Positions 1 through 13,478 of a DNA stretch of 64,000 nucleotides are shown here, piece after piece (positions within the stretch are counted from its first letter, which is position 1; each line of letters begins with the position of its first letter). Position numbers and translations under genes: made by a program. The stretch is from Lama guanicoe (lineage: Eukaryota): positions 11,421,175-11,485,174 of the forward strand of contig MU056000.1 of assembly GCA_013239625.1 (NCBI GenBank), given 5' to 3'. The notes under the pieces are model-generated. The model had not been told where the DNA came from. It was given only the letters and a program-made list of their open reading frames with translations, and did no database searches.

Positions 1-68
1 AATCTGTAGGAATTAGTTACAGCAGGAATGGAATAGTAATACACACTCTCTGGCATGGACTTTAGACT

Positions 69-551
69 TGTTACTGAGCTCAAGTTCAGCTCCTCACCAC
101 TCAAAGCCCAATGACTTAAGAGGCAAGTGTCAGTAGAAGGAAAGTTGCTTTAATCATAGAAGTCAGCAGTCTGCGGAGTTAGTGGACTCAGTGTCCCGTC
201 CCCCCCCAAAGACCATCTCCGAAGATTCTGCTCAGCCCCGAAAGATTTACAGGGAAGACGGGGAAGTAATCTCAGTTGATCACTGAGCTAGTGGGTCACA
301 GTCCACGTTACCCCCCACTGCTGTGCAGGCTTGTCAGTTCCTTGTGAATTTTCCTTAGATGCTATCTTGTTCGCACAGTTTGTTGATGAGATTACTGAAG
401 GGGAGGCTAGGGAAGAGATCTGGTCGTCTGAATTACTTATTCTTCATTTCTACTTCTTTGATTAGAAAAAAAAAAACCCAACAGGTTAGGCAAGTGACAA
501 GACAAGAGGAGCCTCCTGCAAAGAGCTCTTCCCTGCCAAAAGCTACTTACA
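69..551 (-). mobile_element. Solo ERV-type LTR (ERV1-like; family not assigned)
   Basis: TG...CA termini (TGTTACTGAG...CTACTTACA), about 480 bp; ATTAAA signal on the minus strand (gctttaat, ~148-155); imperfect 4-bp flanks gact/ggct. Confidence 0.6.
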
Positions 552-942
552 GGCTCAACAGACCTATGTTGTGTGCCCAGCCCCAGTGCTTATTTAGCGA
601 AATCTCAGGTGCTAAGGCAGAGGGTCCTCACCTGTACATGGGTAGAATCCCACGCCTTTTTCTTAGACCTCTGTGTGGAAAGCCTGAGAAAAGACACTCA
701 ACATATGGTGGGCCCACTGCATATCTCTAACCCATCTGCCTAGAGGGATCTCCCTGCAAACATCTGCATGACTCCCTCCCTCACTTCCCTCAGGCTTCTG
801 TTCCATGGAACCTTCTCAATGAGACCGTCACTGGTAATGCCATTTAAAATTTCAGCTCTTTCCTTCACCCCCATCTCCATCACTCTCCAGTGCTATTCCA
901 TGCTTTATTCTTCCCATAACGTTTATCATGGGACTGACTGTG

Positions 943-1640
943 TGTATTAGTTATCTGTTGCTTTGTGACAAATAATCCCAAAACTTAGTGACTTAAAACA
1001 ATACACATTAATTGATCTTAAGTGTTCTCACCACACACAAGCAAAATCATAACTAGGTGAGGTGATGGATATGTTCATTAGCTTGATTGTGGTTATCATT
1101 TCACAATGTGGACGTCTATCAAAACACCATGTTATATGCTTAAATATGCAGAGATATAATTTTTACTTATCAAGTATACTTCATTAAAATGGAAGAAGAA
1201 AACAATACACATTTATTCTTTCAGTATCTCTGGGTCAGGGGTCTGGGCACAGATGAGCTGGATTCTCAGAGCTTCAGGGTTTCTCACAAGGATAGAGAGT
1301 GTCAGCTGGGGCTGGGGTCATCTAAAGGCTCAGCTGAAGAAGTAGGCAGTTGTTGGCTGTAGTCAGTTCATGGTGGGTTGTTGGACTGAGGGGCCTCCGT
1401 TCCTCACTGGCTATTGATTAGAGGACGACCTCAGCTCCATGCCACATGGGCTTCTCATCAAAGCAAGCAAACCTAGAATGCAAGAGAGAGTGGCAAGACA
1501 GAAACCAAATGCTTTTATAACCCAATCCAGGAAGGGACATCCCATCACTTTTCTTATGTTCTATTTCAAGAAGGCTGTCACTAGGTCCGGCCCATACTTA
1601 AGAGAAGGCAATTACCCAGGGGCATAAATATCAGGAAGCA
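943..1640 (-). mobile_element. MLT1-type MaLR LTR, interrupted by an L1 fragment
   Basis: Starts TGTATTAGTTATCTGTTGCT...CCCAAAACTTAGTGACTTAAAACAA, a typical reverse-complement MLT1 end. Resumes after 1213 with MLT1 body motifs. Confidence 0.75.
1010..1198 (+). mobile_element. 5'-truncated L1 3' end (L1MA/L1MB-like) with 15-bp TSD
   Basis: L1M 3'UTR motifs (cttaagtgttctcaccacac; gtgaggtgatggatatgtt; gcttgattgtgg). Flanked by the perfect direct repeat AAAACAATACACATT at 995-1009 and 1199-1213. Confidence 0.85.
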
Positions 1641-4109
1641 GCGGGTCTCAAGAATCACTTGGGAAGCTTTTAAAAATATTGATGCTTTCTGGTTTCTGAT
1701 GAAGGTGCTGGGTTCTGCTTTCCCTTCGGGGGCTGGTGTAGATCCAAGAGGCTTCAGGAGTACCTAGGGTATTTTGCAAAGGGAGGAGGAGGATAGGTTT
1801 AAAGGAATATATTAAAAGAGAGGTGTATTTCATCTCCTCCAGAATTTAACAGAGGGACAGAAGAACTCAGCCTGGCTTCCCTCCAGTCTCTCTCACCTTC
1901 CTCATGCTCTTAGTTGACTTCATAGGTTGTGCCTTGGGTGGATGGAAGGCAGTGGGGTACGATAGAAGGATGATCAGAAGAAAGAGGGTTTTCTGCAGGA
2001 AATGAGTGGCTTACACTTTAGAAAATTCTTCAAGGACTTGGAGACATGGCAAGTAGATTGTAATCTGCGAGTGAATTATAAATATTTCGAAGATTAATTC
2101 CAGGCTTTCAGGGTTGGAGGTTAAATTCTGAGCTGAAACCAGCCCATGCAGCTGTGGAATCTTCCATCTCCAGGCAAAGTTGCTGGGGAACATAGAGATT
2201 TGGGAGAAAAGGGACCATCTGTGGACGTTAGGTTAAGTGCTCAAATAGACGTTACTTGTAGGACATCATGTTGAGTTTATGATGTGGTTCTATATTTATA
2301 TAGATGAGAATTTTATTAACAGAATTAATGACATCTACATAAACAGATTCCGTTATAGTTATTGTGTGGGTGGCTTCAGTCCCCCATGATTTGTCAGAAA
2401 GCCAGGTCCTTGGACCTTCTGTGTGGATTTTTATTTAAAAAAGATGTGGCTGACAATGAAGGTGGGGTTTTCTATGAGTTGTCTGCCAAGACAGCTCAAG
2501 GATTTGAGTGGTCTTTTCATGCTCACATTGTCCTCATGATCAGGCACTTTTTGGAGCTCATGGGCCATGATTTTGTCTGCATCTGTGGAATCAACCTGCA
2601 CTTACATGAGGCTGAAACTCAGTGCCTTTTAAGGACCAGGCCTGAAAGTCTGGCTAGGCTAAAAGGTCACGTATGAAACTATGTGAAGAGATATGAAGCA
2701 TGATGAACCTTTAAAGATGAACAGAAGCAGGAGTGGAAGAGGATACTCACAAAGAGTTAACTAGTTATAACGGTAATGCTTCTCTTTCTCAGAGATGTTT
2801 AAAAAACAGCAATTTCTTTAGCAGCCAAGTGATTACACCCACAGGAGTTTAGAAAGAATTACAAATTATCTTAAAGGGAAAATCAGCACTGCAGATGGGC
2901 TCAGCAATGCAGAAATAATAGTAGACTAGAAATGAATGTTACTACTAATTCTCTGTTTGGCTTGTTAATTTCCTCTATTGCAGGATCTGTCTTTCACTAC
3001 CTACTGAGAGATGGCTCCAGATAATATTTTGAAAATTATTTTATTATTCAGTGTTATTTACCTTGCCAACTAAAGAGATCTAAACAGCAAGGAATTAGAA
3101 TGACAAAGATAGGTTGTTCATATTTTGCTAATTGCATCTCTTTAATCTCTATGGAACTTAAATATGATTAAATGAACCCATCAGGTAAATTAACAAGCAA
3201 CAGGAAGGAAATTAATCTCTCAGTTACTATTCATATCAGTCTAACCTGTCTTTGAATATCATATAGTGAAGATAGTAGGGACTATGCAAAGTGACTGAGC
3301 AAAAATCTCCCATTCAAATCTTTATGTGGATTGCATTCTCTTTTCATAACCAAACTGTAATCATGGAATAAGTGGGGGAAATTTTGGGTACTTGGTAAAA
3401 CGTCTTTATGTTCCTACAGAGAAGAGGCTACAAATGTGAACATTTGTAGGTGTCATGCGAACCCAATGACAACTTTTCTGTAGGAAGGGGACTTTATAAT
3501 CTGGGAGGTGGACTTGGCTTTGCTACTAGCTAACCATGTGTAAGAGACAAGCCAATGGGCCTTTCTGAATTGGGAAAAAAAGGTTGTTGAAGTATGCAGT
3601 TAGCTAGGAAGTTTGGTCCTTGGAGAAGCAAAGGTTCAGAGATAATCAATATTTAAAATCTCTCCTCTTTAACGTGGAAGTTTATACATGAACTTAGGTT
3701 GAGAACGTCCTGTCAACTTTTCATTTATCAATTCACAAACTACTTATTAACTATCCTATAGATTGATTTCTGTGTCCCACACTAATACTGGAATTTGCTT
3801 CTGGCAAACCGTGGCACATCACATAATGAGAAATGCTTTCCAAGAAGTATTACCTGAGTTTGATTTTGTAATTATGTATTTTAAAGAATTATTTATTTTA
3901 AGGAAACTGAAACAGAAGCTCCCCTTTATCAAAAATAAGTGGAATTTAGACTAAAAATATACTTGACTATAAAGCAGAAAGGCTCAAAGATAGACAGAGA
4001 ATAACAGTTTCCTATCTGAAGAAGTAAAGTAAGTTTCTTACCTTGAGGTTCACCTGTGGAGACTGGTGGGGTTTGTACATTTCAGTTATTATCTGCTGAA
4101 GACTCTCTG

Positions 4110-4205
4110 GAGAATCAGACTCTCTCTAGAAGTAGGACCAGACAGCGATAGTTTTTCTAGCTCCTTGGGTGGTTTTAATATGCAGCCAAGGTCAAGAACT
4201 GTTGC
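4110..4205. mobile_element. MER5-like hAT-Charlie MITE remnant
   Basis: agaatcagactctct...ggtggttttaatatgcagccaaggtcaagaact resembles the MER5A body and end. Confidence 0.5.
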
Positions 4206-7011
4206 CCTGAGCTCTCTATTCCCAAACAAACTTGCTGTCAGCTATCTGGCTATTCAGAGAGTAGAAACATAGATCCCTGCTAATTCACCAATAATTAGTG
4301 ATGATTTCTTTGTTGACTCTCTCCATAATTATTTGCATCATAATAAGGGAACTGTGCAGCCAACAAAGCCCTCCCTTCACAAATTGTAGTTTCAGGGAGT
4401 TCAGGTTTTTGGTTTGTTTTTTTTTTTTTAATCCTTTTACCTCCTCGCAGCAATCATACATGAAGAAATATTTTGACACAAACTGTGCTAGCTAATCAAG
4501 CAAGGAGCTCAGAATTTATGATGGCCAGAAGAAAACCTGAAGGACCACAACCAGGTTCTCCAGGCTTGGAAGGAGAAAGAAATCTTCAGTCCTAATCGCC
4601 TTCTTTTCTAAATTAAAGCTTTCCTAAAAGACACCTCGACAGCCTTTGCATGCACCGTGGTACGAGTGGGAGGGCACACATCCCAGGGGAACTCACTCCA
4701 CTGTGCACCTTTCTAGAGGCTAAAGAGGTCTTTCTGGGCTGAGCAGAAAACTACCTCTGTCACCCATTAAATGGCAGGAGATTTTCACTGGAGCTGCCTC
4801 CTACATGGGAAATCAGCTTTGCAGGGCTGAATTCTTGATGAAGACCACAAAAGCGTGAATTCCCAATACAAATCCCCCTCAGGGTTAAAAAGAACAACCT
4901 GGGAAGACCAATTTCCTTCGTAATTGCGACATAGGGCCTACCTACTGGCCCACGTCACTTAAACTCATCAGAACATAGCGTAAAATACTTATCCATTTTC
5001 AGCTTACCTTTGGGACAGAATCGAAGGGTCTTTACACACATGACTGTTCTCTAGGGAATAAGACGAAAAAGAAGTTAGTGGAGCTGGGGTTCGTAATGAG
5101 ATGATAATACACAGAAGAGATCTCCATGGGCATCTGACTCGTCTAAGATGTGGTCCCATGAGGCCGGACACGTCTGCTTTCAATGACCAGGAATGAAACC
5201 AGCTCCCCTGTTCTTCACAGACAGCCACGACTGCTGCAAGACCCCACATTTCAGACCTGGCAGGAGTCACTGTACAGAACCAGAACTACATCTATGCTCT
5301 GAGGACAGGGATATTGCAGTGAAGTCAAATGAGCTTTAATGCATTTAGCCCAATCTCTTCTCAATCGATTCCCTTTAAAAGAAAAACTTACTGTCTGGGC
5401 ACAGAATGGGCTCCTTCTCCTTGGTCGAACCCCCTAAAGCTAAGCGGAGGTGAAACTGTTGAATTTGCAGGCTAGAAATAACTCAAGTGTGGAATCACAA
5501 GGCTTGACCATTCTTCCAAAGCCTAATAGAGCTCCAGTCTCCCAAATTCAGGTTGAAAAAAATAATATAGCACATTTTATTTTATTAAGCTATGTTTTAT
5601 TAATTAAATGTGTTATCTCATATATCTGTCTAGTTGTTTTAAAAAATCAATCAATTAAGGCCTAGCCAGCTTTCTCTTAGTCTCAAGACAAATTATCATG
5701 AATAATCTCATCTTTCAAGATGGTAGCCAATTCTCAACAGTTGAAAAATTCTTCAGTGTAATTAAAACTACCCTTTCCATATTTATCATTCATATGTTAG
5801 TGTGTACAAGGGTACAAGCATTTGAGCTAAGATAGGAGATATGGACATGTTTTTATCTGCATTTTCACTGTTGGCGTAATTACTGTCTGGGTATAGATGC
5901 TGGCTGAAAGCATTGTGACAAGGCAGGAAATTCAGAAGAATATGCATTACCAAGCACTTTATCCTTGATGGGGCAATTTTAAGGTTTCATTTGTTTTTGT
6001 TTCATCTTTGGTTTTTCCCAGAAGAGAAAGTACTACCAATTTCCCTCACTTTTCTTGAAAATAGATCATGAGATACTCAATGGTTTTTAAACCCATGTAT
6101 AGAAAAGCTGTTCTTCAGCAAACAAGTTTTCCCACATGTTGGCTTCTCATCACAACAAGTTGTTTGCATAACAATTTCGAGTGTTGTAAGAAGTGGATCT
6201 TATAACCCCAAATTGGGCATTGTGAACTCACCACTTTACAGGTGGTGAGACAGGCATTCTTTTTGTTAGAAAGATCTTGGCAGGAAGTCCATGATTTGGT
6301 CTTGATCCTGTTCCCTTAAGCCCTAGATCAATGTTGACTGAATTGCCACTTCCATTGGTCATTTAGCTTCCTTGAACATCTGGAGATAATTTTTCAGTGG
6401 TGGCAGAGGACAAGAGTATGTGGCTGGGACCTTATAACTAGTTAAATCCCAAGGCTCACCTTTTTTTGAGAAACTATTTCAAGCAAAGATAATCTGTTTA
6501 TAAATATCAAACTCTCCTCCCAAATGTATAACACAGATTCAAGCATAGTTAACCACTAATAAATGCTTCTTGAATTCATTTTGTACTAAAAATAAGGAGT
6601 AATCACTCAACCAACTAAATGCATTTATCTTGTGTATCTATTATTTTGATGCTGAAATGAACAAAGAAAACTGGACAAAGAGGGAAAAACACAATTTCCC
6701 TACAAATGAATTCAATGTAGATAGTTAAAAATATTAAATATAAGATTTTAGTGAAGAAAAGACAGTTTTCTGAGTCAGGAATTCAGCTGATACAAAGTCT
6801 CATTTTACTGGGAATGTTTTTTTACTGTTTGAATTACAGTGACCCTAACAGAGCCTTTAGAAAGGGAAGAGTGGTGGAATTCAAAATAAAACCTTCCGTC
6901 TTCCAAAAAGATTGGAAGAAAACTTTTTTGTAAGTTTTGTATGTGGGTGTTTGCCATTTTTAAAACTATTCAGAGTCTACCAATGAATGATGGAGAATGC
7001 TTTTAGAATGG

Positions 7012-7568
7012 TGTGATGGCTACCTATTGCTGTGTAACAAATTATCCCAAAATTGGTGGCTGAGAACAACATCATTTATTATTTTCCAGTGTCTGTCAGT
7101 CGGGAATAAGGCACAGTTTAGCCATGCCCTCTGGCACTTCTTACTTCACAAGACGGCAATCAGGTGTCTGCTCCAGCCACTTCAAGTCTTGCTGAGGAAG
7201 CACGCCATGTTCCCTCACATGGTTGTTGGCAGGATTTAGTTCCTTGCAATTTTGTGAACTGAGGATGGCAGCTCCTCACCAGCTATTAGCTAGAGGCCTC
7301 CCTTATTTTCTTGCCACATGGGCTGTCCTTTGGGTAGCTCACATGTGACATCTTGTGTGATCAGTGATTCAGAGAGAATGCTGTTAAGAGGGAAGTCACA
7401 GTCCTATGTAACCTGATCACAGAAGTGATGTCTTATCACTTTTTCTAAGTTTTATTTTTTAGAAGCATATGTCTAGGTCCTGTCCATACTCAAGGAGAGG
7501 TGATTACACATGTAAGTAAATACGAAGAGGGAGATGATTGAGACCCATGTCAGAAAGCCCCTACTGTA
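7012..7568 (-). mobile_element. MLT1-type MaLR LTR
   Basis: Begins tgtgatggctacctattgctgtgtaacaaattatcccaaaa; carries the MLT1 motifs ggttgttggcaggatt and cttgccacatggg. Confidence 0.75.
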
Positions 7569-10500
7569 AACAATGATGGCTTTCACTTTAATGGCAGCAA
7601 AATGAAAGGTGGAAGATCAAAGAGATGTTCCCACTGTGACGTTCCTCCAAAATGTTAAACATATACAAACCATTGTCTTTCTGGGACCTGATTCAATTTC
7701 AGTGACCATAGGTATGGCCAGAACTGGGCAAGTTAACAATCCCTATTGTCAATTAGTCATACTTCTTCAAATGACATTTTCTTGTTTAAAATGTGTGTAA
7801 GTAAATTACAAAACAAGAGCAAGAAGAAGAGAGAAGGAAGTCAAACTCAGGCTGGAATAGTCTGCACTACGTGCAGCCCGGATGTGGTTTCCCTGTTCCT
7901 GTTCCTGCTAACCAGCTGAAAGAACTGTCAAGAAGTCATCTCGAGCTCTGTGTGTGTTTGTGTGTGCACTTACACATGTGCTCCCACGTGCATGCGTGTG
8001 TAGGGGCATCCCTCTTTTTACAATGAGAACACACCCTCGGGAAAGGATCCGCGTCCCGGTGGGTGGCCTTGTCTATTTACCTTGCTCCTTTCTCACTGCG
8101 GCCATAAAACTGGGCAGAGCGACTTTCCCAAGTTATTAGCTGCTGCCTAAGTGAGTCTTGTCTCCAAAAAGCATTTGCTTTCTCTGTAGTGTGCTATTTT
8201 CTTTTTTCTCCAAACAGCCATCCCAAAGGATATTACTTAGTCAATCTCCCGAGTTATGTTTTGTCTTTAAATGGGGGCTCATTTCAGTTACCCCGCCTCT
8301 CCCCTTCATTATGCTGGTTTATGGGTAACCATCCTGCCAGTAGGGCTTGTCACCCCATAAACCAAGGGTCCTCCACTTCCTTAATTAACAGGGTACAAAT
8401 AGTGTCCCAGAGCCAAGAAGAAAGTCCTCTTCTAACTAAATCTGACAAAGCTTTGGAAGCTGTGTGTAAGTCTGTCCGAATGTGTGCGCGTGCCTGTGTG
8501 GCCCAGAGTTTCACGAGTGCATTTTTCCAAGAATCACAGCCCACAAAGCAATGTTGCTGATCTAACCGTTACACTCTCCCCAGAATGATTTAAAGTGTCG
8601 TGAAGATTTCTTTGCATCGAACAAGTTCGCTGTGCTCACCTTCAATTAAAGGCCCAACTGTGCTTTGTTTGGCTTTAGGGCTGGAAAGAGGAAAGAGAAA
8701 AAGCTTCACAATTCAAAAGACAGATAAATTGCTCTTTCTAAACAAAGACTCATTGCGTTTATAAACGTGGCTCTCCCATAATTTTTAAAAATCGTTTATA
8801 TGTGGGATAGAGCCTTATAAACAGTCAAGGCTCTGGTTTTGTCCAATTAAAGGACTGGATCCGACAAGACCACCAATTGTTCCGTTGTGTTTTGGAAGTT
8901 TGATCCAAGTTTACATTTCCAGCCAGGGTTTCACCCTTTATGTTTATGACAGCACAAAAGAGCAAGCTCTGGGAATTTCTCAAGGGGAAGTCACGCCGTG
9001 TGTGTTGTCACTGAGGAGGAGAGAGCAGGAGGAAAACAGAGCCACATGTGGAAGGGACGGCAGGAGCATGGATATCCCTTCTGGGCTTGACAGATTGGAT
9101 TCTCCTCTATCTCAAAAGCAAAAGTGTTTTCAATGTTTGGACATACGCAGGACTGCTAAATGGAGATTTAAGTCCAAGAAAGCACCACAGCATCAGCCAT
9201 TTGCACAGCTGTTGTTGGAAGTGACTCCATACCATCCCAATGTGTCTAGCAAGTATAAATATTGACCGTGTGCATGTCTACGCTTTGTTTAGGGTTGTCC
9301 CTGAGGATAGTGAGCTCATAAGTGCCTTACTAAACACAACTGTGATACTAACTCTGCCACCCGTGATGGTTTCATGCATAAAATAGCTCTTTTGTGGGAT
9401 TTAGAAAGTATCACATGTGGTTATTTTGATAAACTCAAGAGGAGGGACTATGTGTGAGTGTCTATGAGACTATTTTAAATACATAGATGCTTTCTCAGTG
9501 GAGAGAGGAGGAAATGCCAGTGTTAACTTAATATAGGATTCTTTGTCCCCTGGGGGCTGCCATGTTCTGGCCATCTACTGGGTCTTCCAGGCACATGGAC
9601 ACCAGGCTCTACAGTTGAGCCTCTTCATGTTTGATGTCATAACGGTCTGACAAAATCCCATGGCTGGACAATCTGAGAGGCCAATTTAAGGAACTTTTCT
9701 TATAGTACATTCCTAGTAACTAAAACTAAGTTATATTGTGTTATCATTCAGGAACTTAAGAGCTGTTCATTTACCTTCCAAATTCTGATAAAGTGATTCT
9801 TGTGACTCACCTGTAAATTCTACCTAAAATGCTAATATGAAAGCCTTCCAGAAGCCACTGAGTTATTTTCCCCATGGTTTTCATCTTTATGTAGAGACAT
9901 TTTAAAACTATTAAGTTCTTGAGAGAACCACTTGCTCAGATTTAGCAAAATTCTTATAAGGAGATGAAGTCCAAGACAAATAACCTTCTGCACTTTACTC
10001 CCAGTGCCCATTCTGCTACCTGGGTGCTAACTTTTATTTCGTGAAAAGTGGCAAATTTGGTCTTTACCTTCCTAAAGCCTGTAGCAGTGTTCAGGCAATA
10101 CCAAAGCTCCTTCTACTAAATTTAGAGTTTCTTCTTTGTTCATGCCTATGAGAGTACCTGGACTGATCTCTCTACATCTTGAATAGTCATGACAAATCCA
10201 GTGGGACAAACAGGCAAAAAAGAACAATGAGAGAAAGGGGACTTGAATGCCCTCCCAGAGACAATGGGTGGTGCTGCTAAGCACTATGTAATTCACCGGC
10301 CGCTGGCTATAAGCCAATGAAAACACTCCACTTTGGGTCTCAGTGGTTGAAGATTAACAAACCGAGAGTTTATTTGGAGTAGCATTCTTCCTTCTTGATG
10401 TACCCCTAAACAGTCCTCCCTGGGATGAAGATAAGATTCCTTCTTCTATGATTTATCAGGAGGCTTACACATAACTTCTGATTGCCTCCCTCATTGAAAA

Positions 10501-10724
10501 GCAAAAGCTCCTGTTTCTTAGAAAACTAATGAGCAAGAGAGGTTTTTCCTGATGAGCCAAAGTGAAGGAATGCAGGAGGACCGGTGGTGCTCTTCAAGTT
10601 AATGCAGCAGAAGCTACTGCGTATGACAAGAATCAGCTGAAACTTGCATTAAAGGTATGTCAAGGATGCACAGTGATTTCCCCGAATCAGCGGTCTCCAG
10701 CTCATTCCCATATTCGAACACACA

Positions 10725-10850
10725 GGAGCTTTGAAAATCTCCGGTGCTCATGATGTACCTCATACCAATTAGATCATAATCACAGGAGGTCGGATCCAGG
10801 CATCAGTGTGGTAATTTCAACGTGCAGCCAGCTCTGAGGATCGGAGCACT
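10725..10850. mobile_element. MER5-like MITE remnant
   Basis: accaattagatcataatc...ccaggcatcagt...aacgtgcagccag resembles MER5A. Confidence 0.45.
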
Positions 10851-11048
10851 AAATTGAGCGTTTTGAGCATCTGCATGTCCACAGCTTGGAGCGTCTCAAT
10901 CTCCAGCATCTATTTCTTTCCTTCCACAAATGTGATTATTCGGCAGCCACTCTCAAATAAAAACCAAAGGGAAGACTTGTGAAGTCAAACAACAAACAAA
11001 CAAAAATTCAGCCAAGTACCATAATCAATCATAATCAGTCAGGCCAAT

Positions 11049-11372
11049 TGGAATCTAAAAAAAAGACACAAATGAACTTACTTACAGAACAAAAACAGAC
11101 TCACAGATACAGAAAACAAATTTATGATTACAAGAGGGGAAAGGGTAGGGGAGGGATAAATTAGGAGTTTGGGATTAGCAGATATGAACTACTGTACACA
11201 AAATAGATAAACAACAGGGTCCTACTGTGTAACACACGGAATTATATTCAATATCTCATAATAATGAAAAAGAATATAAAAATGAATATATATGTGTATA
11301 ACTGAATCACTTTGCTGTACATCTGAAACTAACACAACATTATAAATCAACTATTCTTCAATTTAAAAAAAA
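11049..11372 (+). mobile_element. L1 3' UTR/terminus (artiodactyl type)
   Basis: tggaatctaaaaaa...acaaatgaactta...aaaatagataaacaaca...actgaatcactttgctgtaca...aacacaacatt...ttcaatttaaaaaaaa ending in an A-tail. Confidence 0.9.
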
Positions 11373-12204
11373 GAAGTGAAATGGGAGGCAATGGACCATT
11401 CATAACCTAAGGTAGATTTCTCATAGTGCTGACTTTATAAGGGACAAAAGTTCCTGGGAACAGCACTTACCATGCTCTCTTTTCAAGTAAGAGCACAACA
11501 TTGATGGGACTCAACCTTGATAGCTTCGAAAGATGGTCTGAAAATAGAAATCAATGTGAGACTCCAACAAGAAGTTTGGTTACTAGCCTTACCTTTCAAT
11601 ATGTGAACTCTACATACTACAGACAAATCCAGAAGGAAATCGAGGATTTATTAATTAATTTCTGGTAATAAATTTGATGATTATATTTTAGATCATATAA
11701 AATGACTTGAATAATGGTTACTCAACAGGATAACCTACACAAATAGAAGGATCTAAAAAATGCTAAAATCTATCATCTGTGCAGAGAGAATAGCCATATT
11801 ATTCATAGTATTTTCTCTACATAATTTATGCTTTCTTCTTGTATTGTTGTTGTTATAATTTATTGCCGTTTGGATTCCTCAACTAATTTTGAAATCGCTT
11901 TGAAAGATAACACCAACACTGCCAAATCCATCCCTTCCTAATTCTACCGTATGTCAGATATGTCAGGAAAGTAGAATCTTTAAGTGTCTCCCAAATTTTT
12001 GCTCAGGTCAAGGATGTACCCATTACTTTTACTATCAGCCTAACCTAGGAACAGTAGATTTTCAATGGTTTTATATTCCACCCCCCGCTTAAGTTCTCTG
12101 TACAAATCAGAGTAGTTTCTGTTGATATTAAGTCACGGCCTTTACCATTTAAAGTCTTGGGAAGAAAAAGAAATCCCAAATATAATTTCCTATATTTTAG
12201 AATC

Positions 12205-12420
12205 CATAAACTCAACAAATATTTATTAACCACATACTTTGTGCAAACTAGACTCTATTGTAGGAGCTGGAGACATATGCAGAAACAAGAGAAAGACACA
12301 GTTCTTTGAGCTTACAATCTAACAGAGGGAGGTATACAATTTTAAAAATCTAATATATATCAGGAGGTGGGAAGTGCCACGGAGGTAAAGTGTGATAAGG
12401 AAGTGAGAGGATTTTTGTTT
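12205..12420 (-). mobile_element. L2 fragment
   Basis: caacaaatatttattaa...ctttgtgc...gagcttacaatcta is the reverse complement of the L2 3' end. Confidence 0.6.
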
Positions 12421-12438
12421 TAAAGAATTCATTGTGGA

Positions 12439-12795
12439 TGAGTTCATTAGTGTCCTCTTTTTTCTTTTTTTAAGATTCCATATAGAAGTAATATCATATG
12501 GTATTTTTCTCTTTCTGGCTCACTTCACTTAGAATGATGATCTCCAGGTCCATCCATGTTGCTGCAAATGGCATTATTTTATTCTTTTTTATGGCTGAGT
12601 AGTATTCTATTGTATAAATATACCACAACTTCTTTATCCAGTCATCTGTTGATGAACATTTAGATTGTTTCCATGTCTTGGCTATTGTAAATAGTGTATA
12701 TACATTTATGACTGGGACATTATGCTGTACGCCAGCAATTGACACATTGTAACTGACTATACTTCAACAAAAAATCAATTAAAAATAAAGAAATT
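12439..12795. mobile_element. 5'-inverted L1 insertion (antisense ORF2 end plus sense 3' terminus)
   Basis: 12439-12696 on the minus strand encodes the L1 ORF2 C-terminus (LFTIAKTWKQSKCSSTDDWIKKLWYIYTIEYYSAIKKNKIMPFAATWMDLE). 12697-12795 is a sense 3' end with A-rich tail. TSD-like flanks at 12423-12438 and 12796-12811. Confidence 0.85.
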
Positions 12796-12834
12796 AAGAG
12801 GTTATTGTGGAAGGCTTCACTAGGGAGATAGCCT

Positions 12835-13160
12835 GTGAGCAGAAACGGATGGTACAAAGAGTAATGGAGAAGGTTGAATAAAGCTGCTATTTGCACAGAT
12901 ACAGGTAAGATTACAGGGAAGGCATGGTGAGCATCTCAGGGACCAGCTACAGAGGGAAGCCATTATCACCCACAATCCTGAGGGGCAGAGGAAGGCAGTG
13001 ATGATGTTGGAACCTGGCAAGGGCTATAGTCCATGGAGAGGGGCTGCTTGTCAGCCAAGAGGGCTACGGGAAAGGAACTCAGCCACCGCCCAGAGCCCCC
13101 GGCAGGGAGGGGATAGAGGGTTGTGGGAGACCAGCTCCCCCTGCCTTTCCTGCACCCGCT
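12835..13160. mobile_element. Possible old ERVL-type LTR remnant
   Basis: agaaacggatggtac...aataaagctgctatttgcac...ccattatcaccc...cctgaggggcagaggaagg resembles LTR40/41-class sequence from memory; weak. Confidence 0.35.
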
Positions 13161-13239
13161 TTCCACATTTATTACGTAGCTACTGTGTGCAAGGCATGCG
13201 TTCACAAAGTTCCTAGGCTCAAGGAAAGGAGGGAGGACA

Positions 13240-13478
13240 TTTTTATTGAGCACCTGTTATGTGCCAGACTGCTCACTAAGTATTTAACCAGGCTTGCTTG
13301 TTCTCCATTTTATTTTCATAGTAATGCTATGAGGTGTAACTATTTTCTTCATTTTATGGATTAGGAAATGGAAGCTTAGAGAATCAAATGTACTTTGTGC
13401 AGGGTCCCTCGGCTGGGGAAGGGCAGGGTGAAAATCAGTTTATCTGACGCCAAATCAGTGCTCTCCCTCTAACCACTG
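13240..13478 (-). mobile_element. MIR SINE
   Basis: tttattgagcacc...tatgtgccag...cattttatggattaggaaatggaagcttagaga (MIR core)...tctgacgccaaa...ctaaccactg. Confidence 0.75.

Noticed and set aside
12494..12745. 83-aa minus-strand ORF
   Set aside because: A remnant of the L1 ORF2 C-terminus, not a host gene.
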